63,912 nt of DNA. It comes from Candidatus Poseidoniales archaeon (lineage in GTDB: Archaea > Thermoplasmatota > Poseidoniia > Poseidoniales > Thalassarchaeaceae). A program made the position numbers and the translations under genes. Location of the stretch: positions 1-63,912 of the forward strand of contig DUDF01000145.1 of assembly GCA_012959435.1 (NCBI GenBank), given 5' to 3'. Shown here piece after piece: positions 26,690 through 35,939 of the stretch; the stretch's first letter is position 1; each line of letters begins with the position of its first letter. Under the pieces are notes generated by a model, which was not told the origin of the DNA, did no database searches, and saw only the letters and a list, made by a program, of their open reading frames with translations.

Positions 26690-27706
26690 ATGCACAAGAA
26701 TCACTTGATGGCCTTACTAATGGTCACAACCTTGTTGATTCTGCCGTTCAACACACTAGTGACAACTGCAAGTGAAGAATCAACGAAATGTGAAGGGCTA
26801 TCTTGTACAAATTCTTGGCCTGAATCAGTTGACCAAGTTGTTATTCTCAGAGAATCAACAGCAATTTGGTGCGAGGTATGTGCAGAAGTTGACCCAGTAA
26901 TTTCAGAATTCGTTGAAGGCAGGCCAGGACAAGTGACTAGAATAGCACTCCATCCAGATGATGGAGTTGATTTATTGGGAAACAGAGTTGCAACAAACCA
27001 ATCTTGGAAAATGGGTCAGAATCCATTAGAGGCTGAGTATCCCACTATTTGGATGGGGGATCAACAACCTAGTAGCGGCTTGATTACTAGAAACGCACTA
27101 CACAAGGGATTCCTCTCTGCTGCTGGCAATAGTCAGCAAGAAATTTCAATTAACACCCATAATAGAACAGAGATCGGAGATTTGGGTGATGAATTTTGGC
27201 CACTCGAAATACAAACATATCTGCCAACAACAAGTGGTACTTTCACCTTCATTATCACAGAAGATCAAGTTGAAATTGAAAAACCTGAATTATTCAACGG
27301 AATTAGATTTCATCAAGGTGTAGCTAGGTCTGCAGCCGTCATCAATTCATCTAGTGGAGAATTATTATTTTCAGAACCAACGGGTGCATGGCAATTAGGG
27401 GATTTCTCAATCCAAAATAATGGCATAACCTTTGTCAACCTTACTTATCAATTCCCGAATAATCAAGGAGTTGTTGCTGATAATTCAAAGTTAACGGTAA
27501 TTGCTGAAGACTCAGAGGGCGTAGCGATTGCCGCTGCTACGACCCCAAGAGTTCTGGTAATGTCTAATCCATCTCATTCATCAACAGTTAAAATCGGATT
27601 GTCGCTAATGTTAGTTGGACTGTTGCTAGCAAGCCCTTTGTTGAATGGTAAAAAACCAACTAGAAACGAAAGAAAAGAACAGGTAGCAGCGGAATCAGAA
27701 GAATGA
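26690..27706 (+). CDS. Secreted, C-terminally anchored protein with an N-terminal thioredoxin-like CxxC module
   Basis: Signal peptide MHKNHLMALLMVTTLLILPF, AIWCEVCAEVDP (CxxC), and terminal TM IGLSLMLVGLLLASPLL plus KKPTRNERK. Confidence 0.6.
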   Translation: MHKNHLMALLMVTTLLILPFNTLVTTASEESTKCEGLSCTNSWPESVDQVVILRESTAIWCEVCAEVDPVISEFVEGRPGQVTRIALHPDDGVDLLGNRVATNQSWKMGQNPLEAEYPTIWMGDQQPSSGLITRNALHKGFLSAAGNSQQEISINTHNRTEIGDLGDEFWPLEIQTYLPTTSGTFTFIITEDQVEIEKPELFNGIRFHQGVARSAAVINSSSGELLFSEPTGAWQLGDFSIQNNGITFVNLTYQFPNNQGVVADNSKLTVIAEDSEGVAIAAATTPRVLVMSNPSHSSTVKIGLSLMLVGLLLASPLLNGKKPTRNERKEQVAAESEE

Positions 27707-27824
27707 TTTGAGTTTTCACCCAAACACGGATATTTGAAAGTGGACCCAAATAAACTGTTTGCCTTCCTGCTTCAGAAGCAATTCTTCGCTGCATTTATAC
27801 CCTGCCAGTGTACTATTTACACTA

Positions 27825-28109
27825 ATGGACGGGAAAACCGGAACACCAGAGGAGCACGACACTGCACCGCTCCCAATGCGAGAGTGGCTCGTTGAGTACA
27901 TCGTAGAGCGTGCACAGAAAGAAACACTACATTGCCTGACCGTTTTACGCGGAAGAAATGTAGAAGATGTACAGACTAGACTGTATTCAGAACTTCGCGA
28001 GAATTTCCCTCTAGAACTGAAACTTGAAGTTACTGTGACTCGAATGGTGCCTGTTGATGTAGATACAGATGAAGCGCTTTTCGAAATGCAGGGGACATAC
28101 CAACCTTAG
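27825..28109 (+). CDS. Hypothetical protein (94 aa)
   Basis: ORF from ATG 27825. Its 3' end overlaps the convergent VKOR gene by 4 nt. No family recognised. Confidence 0.45.
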   Translation: MDGKTGTPEEHDTAPLPMREWLVEYIVERAQKETLHCLTVLRGRNVEDVQTRLYSELRENFPLELKLEVTVTRMVPVDVDTDEALFEMQGTYQP

Positions 28110-28684
28110 GTATTCCAAGATCCGTTGTCATGCTTTTTCCGAAGAATGAAGAAGAGTACGAATGTTAAAACCGCTGCTATGTGAGCCAATGTACAGAATG
28201 GACAGATAATTACTGCGTCCTCATGTAGAAATAATTCCACCGAAACAAGCCATGCAACTGGAACTAAACCTGCTCCTGAAATGATTGTCCCGGCATTAAT
28301 CCAAGAATGAACCCAACTACTATTTGATTCATCTAAAAAGAGTGAGAGGGCAATGAGTCCTAAGATAGTGAACGCAAGAAGCCCCATAAGGCCCCACTCA
28401 ATTCCTATTATTGGCATTGTATTCCAATTATAATCTCCAATTAATGCAGAACAACCTGCAGAAGTACATGATTGAGTGGCTCCTGTGGCTTCCAAATCAT
28501 TCTTGATTATTATAGTCCATACTGATGCAATCATACCACCAAATGTGAATATACAAAGGCCAAGCAAACTTCTACGAGTATCTGTTAATCCGCTTTTGGA
28601 AAAAAAATCTTTACTTTGGGGAAGGCAGGGAAATATCCCTAATACCAACACTGCACCAATAACTAACAGCATTGTGTCAACCAT
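28106..28684 (-). CDS. Vitamin K epoxide reductase (VKOR)-family membrane oxidoreductase
   Basis: Polytopic. Loop cysteine pair CTSAGC and TM-embedded CxxC (VIICPFCTLAHI), as in VKOR/DsbB-analogue proteins. Confidence 0.75.
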   Translation of the reverse strand: MVDTMLLVIGAVLVLGIFPCLPQSKDFFSKSGLTDTRRSLLGLCIFTFGGMIASVWTIIIKNDLEATGATQSCTSAGCSALIGDYNWNTMPIIGIEWGLMGLLAFTILGLIALSLFLDESNSSWVHSWINAGTIISGAGLVPVAWLVSVELFLHEDAVIICPFCTLAHIAAVLTFVLFFILRKKHDNGSWNT

Positions 28685-29377
28685 TTATTCACCGCCTAGA
28701 TTGCTACCAATTAATCTGTACATTGCTTCAGGGAGACCCTCTTGCTGGTAATGTGCCCCCATATTCCAAATCACATGGCCACTTGGATCAAGGATAACTG
28801 CAAACGGAGTGGAACCCACCTCCCAATCACTCTGTTCAGTATCTGAACGGGTGTCCACATAAATCCACGGGTGGACCTCTCCCGGACGATCTTGGCAATT
28901 AGAGTCACTATTACAACCTACATAGTTACCTTTCTCTTGAAAACCTGCAATTTCTTCCTTACTGCTAACCCAACCAGGATTACCTAATGATATAGCTACT
29001 GAGACGAAATCAACATATTCACTGTAATCATTATACAGGCCACTCATCTCTTCACCTTCTGACCAACAATGCCCACAATCTGTATCAATGAATTGAATAA
29101 GGAAATATTTCCCACTCATTCCAGATTCCCAATCCCTGTCAATGTGATCATATAACACATAGTCATCTCCCCAAGAACCACCCGGCATATGTGCTGGTGC
29201 AGTGATGTTGGGGGCGAGGAAACCTTCCTCTGGTCCTATTTCTACTGGCACGGAATTGATAACCATCAATCCTGCCATTAATGTCAATGCAGCGAAAATT
29301 CCGAATAACGCTGTTATTCTTGCATCTCCATCCTCATCTGTCATCAGATTCCTATTACGTCTTACTTTATTCATCAT
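28685..29377 (-). CDS. Membrane-anchored thioredoxin-fold (TlpA/redoxin-like) protein, CGHC active site
   Basis: N-terminal TM anchor, then FIDTDCGHCWSEGEEM. The stop abuts the VKOR start codon with a 0-nt gap. Confidence 0.7.
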   Translation of the reverse strand: MMNKVRRNRNLMTDEDGDARITALFGIFAALTLMAGLMVINSVPVEIGPEEGFLAPNITAPAHMPGGSWGDDYVLYDHIDRDWESGMSGKYFLIQFIDTDCGHCWSEGEEMSGLYNDYSEYVDFVSVAISLGNPGWVSSKEEIAGFQEKGNYVGCNSDSNCQDRPGEVHPWIYVDTRSDTEQSDWEVGSTPFAVILDPSGHVIWNMGAHYQQEGLPEAMYRLIGSNLGGE

Positions 29378-30314
29378 CTATTCCAATCTCCTTCATGAGA
29401 GTTTGAGCAGTGTATCTCACCGCCCCCTCTGAATCATATTTAGTGTCAAAACCAGCTGCTCGCATACGAGTGGGGTCTAGCATTGCCTTTGGGACATCTC
29501 CAGCCCAGCCACGGTCTCCTCCGGTGTATTCAATTGAAACCCCAGATAAACCAGATTCTTCAATCACAATTTCTGCAATTCTCGTAACGCTGCAAGTGTC
29601 GTCGCTTCCTAAGTTGTAGTAATTTATTGCATCATTAGTATTGGTTACTAGGTGAATCATTGCACTTGCGCAATCTCGTACTTCCATGTACGATTTTGCC
29701 TGTCTACCATTCCCAAGCACTTCCAATCGGTTAGGGTCTGCACGTAATTTGTGAATGAAATCAAAGATTACACCATGTGTACCACGGGCGCCGACAATAT
29801 TTGCGAATCTGAAAAGCCAGGCTTGAAGCCCAAAGGTCCCAACCCATGATGTGATGAGTGCCTCAGACCCAAGTTTACTCGCACCATAAAGGGAAATCGG
29901 GAAGAGTGGCCCATAATCTTCTGGTGTGGGCATCACATCTGCTTCCCCATAAACTACTGAAGAAGATGAAAATGCTATTTTCTTTACACCACAAACCCTC
30001 ATTGCTTCAAGCACATTGTAGGTAGCAACTGTACCTTGGTTTAGGTCGGTATCAGTGATTGTAGTGCCAAGACGTATGTCGGGGTTAGCAGCAAGATGGA
30101 AAACGATGTCAATACCATCCATTGCAGATTTCACTGCGTCTAAATCCAACAAGTCCCCTTCAATGACGGTTACATTATCACCATGGTGGGATAGGAATTC
30201 TCGGCGCCCGGATGAGAAGTTATCGTAAATGCTGACGCTGTGACCTGATTGTAGAAGCAAATCGACTAGATGAGAGCCAACAAAACCCGCACCTCCGGTA
30301 ACTAAGCAGTGCAT
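29367..30314 (-). CDS. NAD-dependent nucleotide-sugar epimerase/dehydratase (SDR)
   Basis: Rossmann motif VTGGAGFVGSHL and catalytic YGASK. 315 aa. Confidence 0.9.
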   Translation of the reverse strand: MHCLVTGGAGFVGSHLVDLLLQSGHSVSIYDNFSSGRREFLSHHGDNVTVIEGDLLDLDAVKSAMDGIDIVFHLAANPDIRLGTTITDTDLNQGTVATYNVLEAMRVCGVKKIAFSSSSVVYGEADVMPTPEDYGPLFPISLYGASKLGSEALITSWVGTFGLQAWLFRFANIVGARGTHGVIFDFIHKLRADPNRLEVLGNGRQAKSYMEVRDCASAMIHLVTNTNDAINYYNLGSDDTCSVTRIAEIVIEESGLSGVSIEYTGGDRGWAGDVPKAMLDPTRMRAAGFDTKYDSEGAVRYTAQTLMKEIGIDDE

Positions 30315-30413
30315 GATGGAGTGGCCGACATAGCAACCCGTCTTGACTATTGCGTGCCTCTGTAAAACCAGTTTTATCGTAATTCATGAATTTAATGCGG
30401 GGGTTGAGAACTG

Positions 30414-30460
30414 TTCACTTTCAGTATTTTTCCCTCTGGGAACATCTATCTTCACTTTCA
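30414..30460 (+). promoter_or_regulatory. Pair of exact TTCACTTTCA boxes (37-bp spacing) upstream of the 88-aa gene
   Basis: Exact 10-mers at 30414-30423 and 30451-30460. The second is followed by the TATA-like ttatttag. Confidence 0.5.
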
Positions 30461-30574
30461 TTATTTAGCCACCCCTCAACGATAATATGGTGGACCTTCG
30501 CTTCTCAGTGCTAATTCTCGGCACCGAATCCGAATTCGTAAAACTATGAAGAAAAGTGTCAAGGAGTTGAAAAA

Positions 30575-30841
30575 ATGAGTAAAAATACTAAACAAGTAGC
30601 CCAGAATGAGAACGAAGATAATGATGAACCACAGACACTGTTGGTTGGATATGTTAGAAAGAGCAACGCTGGTGGCGCCCTGAAGGTGTCCATCAACAGC
30701 AGTGCCTTTTCGGACTGCTCAACTTACAGCACTTCAGACGGACAACAATATGTCTCCCTGATCATTAATTTGAATGCCCTACGCAGAGTGTTGGATGGCG
30801 AGCGAGCTGTTACCACAGTGAGTCAATTCATTGAACAGTAA
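30575..30841 (+). CDS. Small hypothetical protein (88 aa), acidic N-terminus plus a beta-rich core
   Basis: ATG preceded by aaggag (SD-like) 8 nt upstream. LLVGYVRKSNAGGALKVSIN...DGQQYVSLIINLNALRRVLDGERAVTTV. A hairpin terminator follows. Confidence 0.55.
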   Translation: MSKNTKQVAQNENEDNDEPQTLLVGYVRKSNAGGALKVSINSSAFSDCSTYSTSDGQQYVSLIINLNALRRVLDGERAVTTVSQFIEQ

Positions 30842-30911
30842 TCATCAAAATGATGTGTCAAATCTTAAACTCTGACCAAATCAGTAGTTTTAGAACCAAG
30901 TAAATGCCCTC

Positions 30912-30960
30912 GTGTCGGGGTGACTGCAGAGATCACCTCGGCACTCTATTTTCTATATTT
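30912..30960 (+). terminator. 12-bp hairpin plus T-rich tract after the 88-aa gene
   Basis: gtgtcggggtga-ctgcagaga-tcacctcggcac (two G-U pairs) followed by tctattttctatattt. Confidence 0.45.
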
Positions 30961-31015
30961 AAATGATAATTACGGCTAAACGGCTAAATACGGCGCGGTG
31001 AGCGGATATAATAAG

Positions 31016-31963
31016 ATGGAAGAATCTACCGTCCGAGGGCCCATAATTGTGGGGATGCCTCTGTATAACGAAGAGGAAACGGTTGGTAGTGTAGTCCTCC
31101 AATGCCTCTCACATGCAGATGAGGTGCTATGCGTTGACGATGGTTCATCAGATTCCTCAGCACGTATAGCCCACAATGTTGGTGCAACTGTCAAGCATCA
31201 CCGAGCGAACAAAGGTTATGGCGCTGCCCTAAAGTCAATCTTTCAGTATGCATTAGAAAAAAATGCGTACGCATTAGTAATTCTAGACAGCGATGGACAA
31301 CATGAGCCAAATGATATTCCTGTACTCTTAGAACCTATTCTTTCAGAAGAGGCAGATTTCGTCATCGGCTCAAGATTTATTGAAGGCGGCTTAGGAGATG
31401 ATATGCCAACCTATAGAAAGTTAGGTGTCAAGGTGATTACTGCTGCTTCCAATCTCACTAGTGACCTATCCATCAGAGACACTCAAAGTGGGTTTAGAGC
31501 ATTTTCAAACACTGCATTGAAACGAATTAAATTTGACCATAATGGTATGGAATCAACACTAGAGATGCTTGAACAATGCAATGATTATGGTTTGTCAGTA
31601 AAAGAAGTTCCAACAATTATTCGCTATGATGTACCTAAGGGCTCTAGATTCACAGCAATGAGTCATGGATTCACCGTGCTATCTTACGCATTAATTTCAC
31701 TCTCTCAGAAGAAACCATTCCTAGCATTTGGCTTACCTGGTGCAGGCCTAGTCACCTTAGGGTCAGCAATCGGTATGAGAGCACTCAACCGAGTCAATGA
31801 TTTCACTGGTGGGACAATTGACCTAAACCTAACAGTGGGGCCAGGGTTAACGGCGGCTTGGATTTCAATGCTCGGAATTAGCCTGATATTTACGGGATTA
31901 GTTCTGCAAGGAACTCGCGCCATTATGAAACGGTTAATTGTTCGGAACTTCGGATTGGATTAA
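31016..31963 (+). CDS. Family-2 glycosyltransferase (dolichyl-phosphate hexose synthase-like) with C-terminal TM helices
   Basis: IIVGMPLYNEEETV, VLCVDDGSSDSS, ILDSDGQHEP (DxD) and RDTQSGFRAF, followed by two C-terminal TM segments. Confidence 0.85.
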   Translation: MEESTVRGPIIVGMPLYNEEETVGSVVLQCLSHADEVLCVDDGSSDSSARIAHNVGATVKHHRANKGYGAALKSIFQYALEKNAYALVILDSDGQHEPNDIPVLLEPILSEEADFVIGSRFIEGGLGDDMPTYRKLGVKVITAASNLTSDLSIRDTQSGFRAFSNTALKRIKFDHNGMESTLEMLEQCNDYGLSVKEVPTIIRYDVPKGSRFTAMSHGFTVLSYALISLSQKKPFLAFGLPGAGLVTLGSAIGMRALNRVNDFTGGTIDLNLTVGPGLTAAWISMLGISLIFTGLVLQGTRAIMKRLIVRNFGLD

Positions 31964-32037
31964 GCCAACCACTAACTAGCCCTCAATATCATATTGAGGC
32001 GAACTATTGATGATGGTCAAGGCAGCACGAAGGCACA

Positions 32038-35000
32038 ATGGCAGAGGAGGAAGCGAGGTCGAGTGGCGACTTTGACATCCGCGGGAAACTCTCATCCTTG
32101 AAACAACACCCGATTTTCACCACCTACATGAATATCAGTGACAAGTTTCGTGACCAAGCAACACTGGTTGGTGACTGGACTCATACATTTATTGATGGCC
32201 AGACAAGACGATTCTATAGGACTGTTTTCCGATCACCAGGACCAATTGTTATCGTAATGATTCTACTTACCTTACTCGTAGGTAAGGATGCCATGAATTT
32301 TGGCCAACAAATTAATGGCGATGTCGAAATATACCTTCCCGATGGAGCTGATTCCACCGAATTGCTACTTGATGTCCGAGAACAATGGTCAACTGATATT
32401 GTATTGCTGTATATTCATACTGATAATGCCATAGATGATGAATCTATACGTGGAAGTGAAAATATAACAGACGTCGCTATTCTTCAACAGATAAGTTTCC
32501 TTGAAGGTGATGATGATAATAAAGAAATGGGGCGATATGCTAGAGGAATTGATTGGAATAAAGAAGATAGAGGGACTGAAGACGGAGTAGTATGGATACT
32601 CAGTGCTTCACAACTCATCAAGGAAGGGAACTCTGCACCAAGTCGATTTACTTGTGCAGTAGAAAAATATGGTATTCCAATCTTAACCGCATCTGAGTGC
32701 CAAATCACCGGTCAAGACCCACGCGACACTTACGTTATTCCTAACAACCAAGACCAAGTTAACAATACTGTTGAAAATCTAGGAAAGGCACTAGAAAACT
32801 TGGTTATTGACACGAATGGAGACGGCGTATGGGATACTGCGGTAGTAGTCATGGGTATCCGATTTGAAATGGATGGAACAGATGTTGACCCGCGAACAGA
32901 CCCTGAAGGTAATGAGATTCTTGACCATAAAGCATTCATCCAGCATGTTAAATCAGTAATTAGTGACTGCGCCGGGAATCCTGATATTAACAATCAATTT
33001 GATGACCCACTTTGCGGCCGTGATTATGGTGGTGTAAAACTCTCAAGTATGAATGAAGAAAGATGGGAAGAAATCCCTACTCGCCAAGCAGTGACTGTCA
33101 CAGGACTTACACCTGTGCTTCACGATGTATCTGATGCAATTTATCTCGCCCTAGAAGATATGTTGCCCATTAGTCTAGCATTGGTGTGTTTAGTAATGAT
33201 TGCACTACACCGAAACCCCAAGGTGATTATCATCTGTGGGACACCAATTATCCTTTCATTGGCGGTGACTTTTGGAACAACTGTAATTCTAGATATCATG
33301 CTCACTCCAATGATAATTGCCGCTGGCCCGATATTAATTGGATTGGGGGTTGACTACGCCCTTCACCTAATCAACAGGATTGAAGAAACTAGAAACAAAT
33401 TGCTAGAAGAAAATGCTGAAGCCGTTGCTCAAGCTAGAAGAGATGGTGAAGTTGCCGAAGAACTCGATCCTTGGGATAAAAAACTGTACTTGGACGCAAC
33501 AGTACATTCGATGATGACAACAGGTCATGCAGTTCTACTCTCGGCAATAACCACAATAATTGGATTCAGCGTTCTAGCGTGGGCATGGTTAGTGCCAATC
33601 CAGCCGATGAGAACTGTCGGCATCACCCTCGTTCTTGGTATCACCTGCACCTTCTTTTTCAGTATCATTTTGGTTCCTGCTTTAGGTTGGCTTGTACGCT
33701 ATAGAAAGACAGGTGGGAAGAAAGCAGAGAAAGTTTGGGAAAAGATTGGAGAGGTGCCGGTAAGAGGTGCTTTTTTTGTAATAATAGTGGCAATTATAGT
33801 CAGCGGTTTAGGTGCTTTTATCCTAGGAGAAGAATTGGGCAAGGACATTACTGGTTCAAGTGATGAAGTACCACCCGGTCTGGAATCCTACGAAGCATTG
33901 GCTGAGTATTCGAGGGTGTTTGAAGGTGGACAAACTAACATGTTCATCATCGATGCAAAAGACCGCGGCGTGATTAATGACATCGCCCCAATTCGACATT
34001 TAGAAGTTTTAGATTCAATAGAATATATGCAAGAAGAGAAAATTAATCACGTAGAAAATACCACTTCTATCAGCCTTGTCACAATTCTCAAAGCAGTTCA
34101 CATAAATGTGAATCTTTCGGGCCAACAGATGTATGACCGCTCATTATGGGAAATATTACACTCACCTTGCTGGGATGACCCTGCCCAATTAGAATGCATA
34201 ATCACTGGTGATATTGTTATCACCTCGGCAACATCAAGAGAGACCATGATAAACATCGCATTTGACACCCTTTCTTACGAAATACGTTCAATGTTAATGA
34301 ATGAGCCATTAGCTAATTTGGGGGAAACAAAAACATTAGTGTATGTCAATCAACCATACATTTCACTCGGTATTGCTGGAGAACTGAGGGACCAACTAGA
34401 CTCTTATCTTTCTGAAGGTGGGTGTGACAACGCATTATCATGTAATGCACTGGGTGTTGAAGGGGTGAAAAACTCGTTATTGACTGGTGGCCTCCCGGTT
34501 TCATTAGACATAAATAAAGGGGTACATAATGCTCAAATGGATGCAACTATTGCCACAATGGTTGTCCTATTAATCACCATGACAATTCTGTTTAGAAGTC
34601 CTAGACTTGCAATATTTACGATGACTGCTGTTGGTGTCGTAGTTCTTTGGCAACCACTTTTAATGCGAGGGGGGGATGTGAATGTGAATGTATTCACAGC
34701 GATGATTAGTACCATTGTGTTTGGAATTGGAGTAGATGATTCTATCCACGTCATGGATCGCATTAGGGAAGAAGGCGAGACACCTGGTGGTATAGTCAAA
34801 GCCGTTGCAAGGACTGGACAGACTATCTTTGAGACAACTGTGACAACCACCGCTGGATTGGCTGCTGGTCTAACATTAGCGATTCCGGGATTACGGAATT
34901 TCTTCACCCTGATGATGATTTTAATTTTCCTTGCGTTGCTAACTAGTGCAATCCTTCTCCCAGCAATGATTGTGGCTTATCGTCAAATTATTGCGTGGGT

Positions 35001-35082
35001 AAAAGGTGAAGGAAATTGGCAGGATTATGACAATGTTGCTACTCTTTCAGAGTCAACAATGGATGCGGAATTAACGGGATGA
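32038..35082 (+). CDS. MMPL/RND-superfamily transporter (paralogue of 20379..22970)
   Basis: 1014 aa. Signatures GLGVDYALH and GIGVDDSIH in two TM bundles. Two large extracytoplasmic domains. Confidence 0.85.
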   Translation: MAEEEARSSGDFDIRGKLSSLKQHPIFTTYMNISDKFRDQATLVGDWTHTFIDGQTRRFYRTVFRSPGPIVIVMILLTLLVGKDAMNFGQQINGDVEIYLPDGADSTELLLDVREQWSTDIVLLYIHTDNAIDDESIRGSENITDVAILQQISFLEGDDDNKEMGRYARGIDWNKEDRGTEDGVVWILSASQLIKEGNSAPSRFTCAVEKYGIPILTASECQITGQDPRDTYVIPNNQDQVNNTVENLGKALENLVIDTNGDGVWDTAVVVMGIRFEMDGTDVDPRTDPEGNEILDHKAFIQHVKSVISDCAGNPDINNQFDDPLCGRDYGGVKLSSMNEERWEEIPTRQAVTVTGLTPVLHDVSDAIYLALEDMLPISLALVCLVMIALHRNPKVIIICGTPIILSLAVTFGTTVILDIMLTPMIIAAGPILIGLGVDYALHLINRIEETRNKLLEENAEAVAQARRDGEVAEELDPWDKKLYLDATVHSMMTTGHAVLLSAITTIIGFSVLAWAWLVPIQPMRTVGITLVLGITCTFFFSIILVPALGWLVRYRKTGGKKAEKVWEKIGEVPVRGAFFVIIVAIIVSGLGAFILGEELGKDITGSSDEVPPGLESYEALAEYSRVFEGGQTNMFIIDAKDRGVINDIAPIRHLEVLDSIEYMQEEKINHVENTTSISLVTILKAVHINVNLSGQQMYDRSLWEILHSPCWDDPAQLECIITGDIVITSATSRETMINIAFDTLSYEIRSMLMNEPLANLGETKTLVYVNQPYISLGIAGELRDQLDSYLSEGGCDNALSCNALGVEGVKNSLLTGGLPVSLDINKGVHNAQMDATIATMVVLLITMTILFRSPRLAIFTMTAVGVVVLWQPLLMRGGDVNVNVFTAMISTIVFGIGVDDSIHVMDRIREEGETPGGIVKAVARTGQTIFETTVTTTAGLAAGLTLAIPGLRNFFTLMMILIFLALLTSAILLPAMIVAYRQIIAWVKGEGNWQDYDNVATLSESTMDAELTG

Positions 35083-35118
35083 CATAAAAGCGGCAAGTTA
35101 AACATCATCCGCCCACCT

Positions 35119-35913
35119 ATGGTGGGCGTGGGAGAAACCGATAGCCCTCGTGCAAGATTTTTCGCGCTGTGCCTGATAATGTTGCTAATCTTACCTTTAA
35201 CCGGGTACACAATTTCAGCTACAACTGGAAAAGCAATTACTGGTAATGAAGTGATTTCAATTGAAATACAAAGTTATGGCACTCTCGCTAATGTTCACGC
35301 ATTTGAAACGGGTGAATTCATTAATTGGAATATTACTTGGGAAGGAATTGACAATACGACAAGTAATCTGTATCAGTACGATTACACTTTTTATGCCGGT
35401 TACATCAACAATGGAACTTTGATGTTTTCAGGTAATGGGACTGGTTTCCCTACAGAAAATGGGTCGATTCCATTTTCCATCGCCGCTTTTGAAATCTGGA
35501 ATGGGTCTTACGAATACACATTGAAAGTCAAATTATGGGACCACAACCGCAGCCAAATTATAGATACCGATGAAACAAAGTTCATCATTTTTCAAACCGT
35601 AATATCCCCATCCCACTCAGATTTACTAATATTCGGAGATTCATTGAGTGATATGGGTAATTCGAAAGCAACTTACGGAACCCCAGAATCACCTCCTTAC
35701 TACGGGGGGAGATTTTCCACAGGGCCAATGTGGAATGAATATGTTGCTTTGGAAATGGGTCTTTCAATTTCACCGGGCACAGGTAGTAACCTGGGGTCAA
35801 ATCGTGCATTTGGTGGAGCTGAAGCAGGCGAAGGGTTGAACTTCTTTGTCATCCCAAACCTTGGCAAACAGATTGAACCAACAACTATTGGATTGGACCT
35901 AATGAAAAAGTAG
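35119..35913 (+). CDS. N-terminal fragment of a secreted SGNH/GDSL hydrolase (blocks I-II), separated from the rest by a frameshift
   Basis: Signal peptide. Block I LIFGDSLSDMGNS, block II GGRFSTGPMWNEY, then NRAFGGAEAG. The ORF ends at 35913 inside the catalytic domain. Confidence 0.7.
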   Translation: MVGVGETDSPRARFFALCLIMLLILPLTGYTISATTGKAITGNEVISIEIQSYGTLANVHAFETGEFINWNITWEGIDNTTSNLYQYDYTFYAGYINNGTLMFSGNGTGFPTENGSIPFSIAAFEIWNGSYEYTLKVKLWDHNRSQIIDTDETKFIIFQTVISPSHSDLLIFGDSLSDMGNSKATYGTPESPPYYGGRFSTGPMWNEYVALEMGLSISPGTGSNLGSNRAFGGAEAGEGLNFFVIPNLGKQIEPTTIGLDLMKK

Positions 35914-35939
35914 CAGTATGGGGTGGTGGAAACAATTTC

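Noticed and set aside
27716-27760. Degenerate, inverted TTTTCAC / GAAAGTGGA half-sites upstream of 27825, and a single GGAAAGTGAAG upstream of thyA (58953-58963)
   Set aside because: Each has mismatches, a different orientation or lacks a partner box. I did not count them as members of the TTCACTTTCA pair family.
30466-30478. 13-nt identity tagccacccctca shared with 55746-55758, both about 10 nt upstream of an ATG
   Set aside because: My rough estimate is that tens of chance 13-mer matches are expected among all position pairs in 64 kb on both strands. There is no third copy and no flanking similarity.
35868-35885. Programmed -1 ribosomal frameshift as the explanation for the split GDSL lipase
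   Set aside because: No X XXY YYZ slippery heptamer and no obvious downstream pseudoknot or hairpin at the shift zone. A mutation or assembly indel is the simpler reading, but the split itself is reported as a finding.
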